The notes below the pieces were generated by a model that was given only the letters and a program-made list of their open reading frames with translations, ran no database searches and had not been told where the DNA came from. The position numbers were made by a program, and so were the translations under genes. From an uncultured Desulfosarcina sp. (GTDB taxonomy: Bacteria; Desulfobacterota; Desulfobacteria; Desulfobacterales; Desulfosarcinaceae), in contig CAXXWQ010000003.1 of assembly GCA_963674945.2 (NCBI GenBank), forward strand, positions 1,504,001 to 1,568,000: DNA of 64,000 nucleotides, given 5' to 3'. Below, piece after piece: positions 60,880 through 64,000 of this stretch (position 1 is its first letter; the number at the start of each line of letters is the position of its first letter).

Positions 60880-61959
60880 CTATCTGTAATTTTTGGTCTC
60901 GGACTTCTTTTTTTCTAAAAGTCTCTTATAGTGATCCGGGTAAAATTTCTGCAAACAATCCGGACATATACCATGAGAAAATGTGGCATCCGTCCGGTCC
61001 ATTATATACTTCTCGACTTCCTGCCAATAGCCGTCGTCATCCCTGACCTTCTTGCAATTGGCACAGATTGGAAGGAACCCTCTCAGTTCCTTGATCTCCG
61101 CGAGCGCTTCCTGCAATTTCGTTATCAATTTCTCCTGCTCCAGCTCCATTTGTTTCCGGTTGCTGATATCCTGGAAAGTCCCCTTGAGTTTGACCACTTT
61201 GCCGTCGACGACCTGAGGAATACATATGGAATGGATCCAAAGATTTTTTCCTTTTGCCGTGAATAGACGAAGTTCAAAATCAGACGGCTCTCCTCGTTCC
61301 AAACCACGCCGTAAGGCGTCTTTCATGATTTCTCTGTCGCTCGGATGAAAACGATCCGTCGCGTCTATATTGGGTTCATAATCAAAGGGAAGCTCGAACA
61401 TCCGGTATGCCTGCCTGGTCCATTTTATCTTGCGGGTATTTGCATCCAATTCCCAACCACCGACTTTGGCCATTTTCCCCATAGCGTCAAGCAACGCCTC
61501 GCTTTCCTCCAGCGCCTTTGTCCGATCGGCCACCATCTGTTCCAGATGTTGCTGGTACCGTCGGTTTTCCCGTTTCAGCCGCGCCTTTTCCAGCGCCATG
61601 TCCACGGCATGGGCCAGCACGGACAAATCCTTGACGGGCTTTAGAATATAATCCCATGCGCCCTGGTGAAGGGCCTCCACTGCATCGGAAATCACACCGG
61701 TTCCGGAAACGACAATCAGCGGGGCGTCCGGGCTATTTTGCGAAATATGGGCCAATACTTCCAGACCGTCCATTTCCGGCATTCTAAGGTCCACCAATAC
61801 CAGATCGACATTTTCTTGGCCGAACATGTCGACACCGGCCCTGCCATTTTCCGCCGTAAGAACCCGGCACCCCATGTCTTCCAGATAGTCGGTGAAACTT
61901 TGTCGGATCGTTTCTTCATCGTCGATGACCAGAATGGTTTTTTCCTCGATGCCCACCAT
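60880..61959 (-). CDS. Response regulator (REC-PAS) with a C-terminal Cys4 zinc-ribbon-like domain
   Basis: REC nearly identical to that of 53680..55671; PAS (GGWE..FHPSDR); LPICANCKKVRDDDGYW...FSHGICPDC. Confidence 0.85.
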   Translation of the reverse strand: MVGIEEKTILVIDDEETIRQSFTDYLEDMGCRVLTAENGRAGVDMFGQENVDLVLVDLRMPEMDGLEVLAHISQNSPDAPLIVVSGTGVISDAVEALHQGAWDYILKPVKDLSVLAHAVDMALEKARLKRENRRYQQHLEQMVADRTKALEESEALLDAMGKMAKVGGWELDANTRKIKWTRQAYRMFELPFDYEPNIDATDRFHPSDREIMKDALRRGLERGEPSDFELRLFTAKGKNLWIHSICIPQVVDGKVVKLKGTFQDISNRKQMELEQEKLITKLQEALAEIKELRGFLPICANCKKVRDDDGYWQEVEKYIMDRTDATFSHGICPDCLQKFYPDHYKRLLEKKKSETKNYR

Positions 61960-61986
61960 AGCAGACTCACTTTGTTTTCAGTTTCA

Positions 61987-64000
61987 TTAACGGGTTTTTT
62001 CTACCGCCTTCCCCTCTAGTGGCAGGCGGATGATAAATTTCGTTCCTGCACCGGGGCTTGACTCCACGGACATTTCTCCACGATGGTTTTCGGTGATGAT
62101 AAAATAGGAAACGCTCAGGCCGAGACCGGTGCCCACCCCAATTGGTTTGGTGGTGAAAAAGGGTTCGAAGATCCGTTTGCGGGTCGCCTCATCCATTCCC
62201 GGCCCGTTGTCTTCGATCTCTATGACAGCCATGTCCGAATCAGCGGCAACGCTTGTTCTCAACATGAATCGGGGCGATTCGGTCTGTGCTTCCTGCATGG
62301 CCTGGGCGCCGTTTCGCAGGATGTTCAGCAGCACCTGCTGGATCTTGGCTCTCTCACAGGGCGCTAAGACAGGGGGATCCGCATACGCTTTTACAACAGC
62401 AATCCGCCTGAAATCATACTGTTTTTTCAAGTTATAATCGGTGGCGGCCAGTTCCAGGGTTTTGTCCAGAAGGATGCCAAGATCGTTGGAAGAAACCATG
62501 GATTCGCTTTTTCTTGCAAAACTGAGCATGTTTTCCACGATCGCCGCCACGCGTTGGCCCGATTCGTTGATGGTGGACAGCATCCGGGGAATTCCCCGGA
62601 CCGCCATGAACCGTTCGATGGCCGCAAGGGTTGTGCCGGCGGCTTCGGCGGCTTTTTGATTGGCCGGAATATGGAGGTTGTTCACAAGGCGGTTGACCAT
62701 GACTTCGGCCGTCTGCATCATGCCGGCCAAAGGGTTGTTAATCTCGTGGGCCATGCCGGCGGCAAGTCCCCCCACGGACAACATCTTCTCGCCCTGGATC
62801 ATCATCTCTTCCAGGCGGACCTGTTCCGTGACATCATCCACCCGGATCACGGCCCCCTCCACCCCGTTGGCCACCAAGGGGAAAATGGTGATATTTTCAA
62901 AGCGGGTCTCCTGTGCCACCTTGTGCGAGACTTTGGAGGAACCGATCACCCGACGCTCCCGGATGGCGGTTTTGATTCGCGCCATCTCACCGGACAGGCG
63001 GGGAAACACCCGGACCAATGGCTGGGAACGGGCCTCTTCGAAACGCAATCCGGTCGTTTGCTCCGTTCGGTTGTTCCACTGGGTGATATTGCCGTCCCGG
63101 TCCACCGCAATAAGGATGGACGGCATGGAGTCGATAATATTGGAAAGGTAGTGTTGCAGGCGGCGTAACTCTTCTTCATCCTGCTTTCTTTGGGAAATAT
63201 CCGTAACCACCCCGACGATGCCGACAACGCTGCCGTTTTCATCTCTAAGGGGCGAAAAACCAATCCGTAACCATTTCATTCGTCCGCTGGGCAACGGAAG
63301 CCGGAATTCCGATATTCCGGTAGATTCCCCAATCATGGTTCTTTTTATATTTTCCTTTACAGGGGTATCCTTCAGCCTTGGAAATACTTCCCATGGAATT
63401 TTCCCGAGGACCTCCTTTTTTGACATTTCGCCAATGATTTCCAAAGCGCTATTGATAATCGTATGCTCAAAATGGCTGTTGAGCACAAAAATTCCCTCAC
63501 TCATTGATTCCAGAATATTCCCGAGCAATTGTTCGTTTTCACGCAGTGCTTTTTCCGCCAGTTTTCGATCGGTGATATCGGCGTGTGTGCCGATGAAGCG
63601 CGTGGGGTTTCCATCGGCGTCCCGGGAAACGATTTTCCCTTTGTCCCGGACCCACAGATAGCTTCCGTCTTTGTGCAAAAACCGGAACTCCACTTCAAAG
63701 GTTTCCAGATTCCCGGCCAGATATTGGTCGGTTACCGATGCTGTTCGCCCGGTGTCGTCCGGGTGGATGCGTTTTTCGATCTCTTCGGACCTGCCTGGAA
63801 ACTCATTGGGGCTGTATCCGGCCATGGTGTAATAGCGATCGTCGAGGTACAGTATATCTTCAATCATGTCCCAGTCCCAAATGCCTTCGTTGGCCCCTTC
63901 CAACGCCAGATCCAGACGCTGCTCGCTCTCCTTTAATGCCCGTTCCGCCTGTTTGCGCTGGCTAATGTCCTCTTCGAAAACGACCATAAACTCCTGGTTC
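61987..64000 (-). CDS. Multi-PAS sensor histidine kinase (5' end beyond the window)
   Basis: Frame stays open to the window edge (NQEFMVV...); at least 3 PAS domains; [28 protein letters not shown]. Confidence 0.92.
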   Translation of the reverse strand, partial: NQEFMVVFEEDISQRKQAERALKESEQRLDLALEGANEGIWDWDMIEDILYLDDRYYTMAGYSPNEFPGRSEEIEKRIHPDDTGRTASVTDQYLAGNLETFEVEFRFLHKDGSYLWVRDKGKIVSRDADGNPTRFIGTHADITDRKLAEKALRENEQLLGNILESMSEGIFVLNSHFEHTIINSALEIIGEMSKKEVLGKIPWEVFPRLKDTPVKENIKRTMIGESTGISEFRLPLPSGRMKWLRIGFSPLRDENGSVVGIVGVVTDISQRKQDEEELRRLQHYLSNIIDSMPSILIAVDRDGNITQWNNRTEQTTGLRFEEARSQPLVRVFPRLSGEMARIKTAIRERRVIGSSKVSHKVAQETRFENITIFPLVANGVEGAVIRVDDVTEQVRLEEMMIQGEKMLSVGGLAAGMAHEINNPLAGMMQTAEVMVNRLVNNLHIPANQKAAEAAGTTLAAIERFMAVRGIPRMLSTINESGQRVAAIVENMLSFARKSESMVSSNDLGILLDKTLELAATDYNLKKQYDFRRIAVVKAYADPPVLAPCERAKIQQVLLNILRNGAQAMQEAQTESPRFMLRTSVAADSDMAVIEIEDNGPGMDEATRKRIFEPFFTTKPIGVGTGLGLSVSYFIITENHRGEMSVESSPGAGTKFIIRLPLEGKAVEKTR

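Overview
Chromosomal window from a sulfate-reducing deltaproteobacterium, probably Desulfobacterales/Desulfosarcina-like (inferred from gene content and repeat types). From left to right: (1) a sigma-54-controlled beta-oxidation cluster (partial glutaryl-CoA-dehydrogenase-like gene, thiolase, acyl-CoA dehydrogenase, 3-hydroxyacyl-CoA dehydrogenase), its PAS enhancer-binding protein, and a divergent DUF1302-DUF1329-YCF48-like-RND/MMPL operon. Both sides have a -24/-12 promoter with a shared TGT-N12-ACA site about 108 bp upstream. (2) Two-component genes, a low-GC islet and a complete IS66-family element with an 8-bp TSD. (3) Tandem hybrid kinases with an identical ~0.96-kb core. (4) MarR-nitroreductase, a GH84-like lipoprotein, exported MsrAB and an FAD/Fe-S oxidoreductase. 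(5) The best candidate for an undescribed system: an operon of HTH-REC regulator, MetF-like, HdrD-like (Sec), HdrL, MvhD (Sec) and a cytoplasmic PAS kinase. Its two in-frame TGA codons have identically spaced SECIS hairpins, and the kinase start overlaps the selenoprotein MvhD stop. (6) Truncated cheX, PilZ-REC-REC, murB, and a rearranged sensor-kinase cluster with a 1.6-kb duplication, a kinase relic and an IS4 inserted into a stop codon. No CRISPR array, tRNA or rRNA was seen. All family calls come from motif recognition, not database searches.
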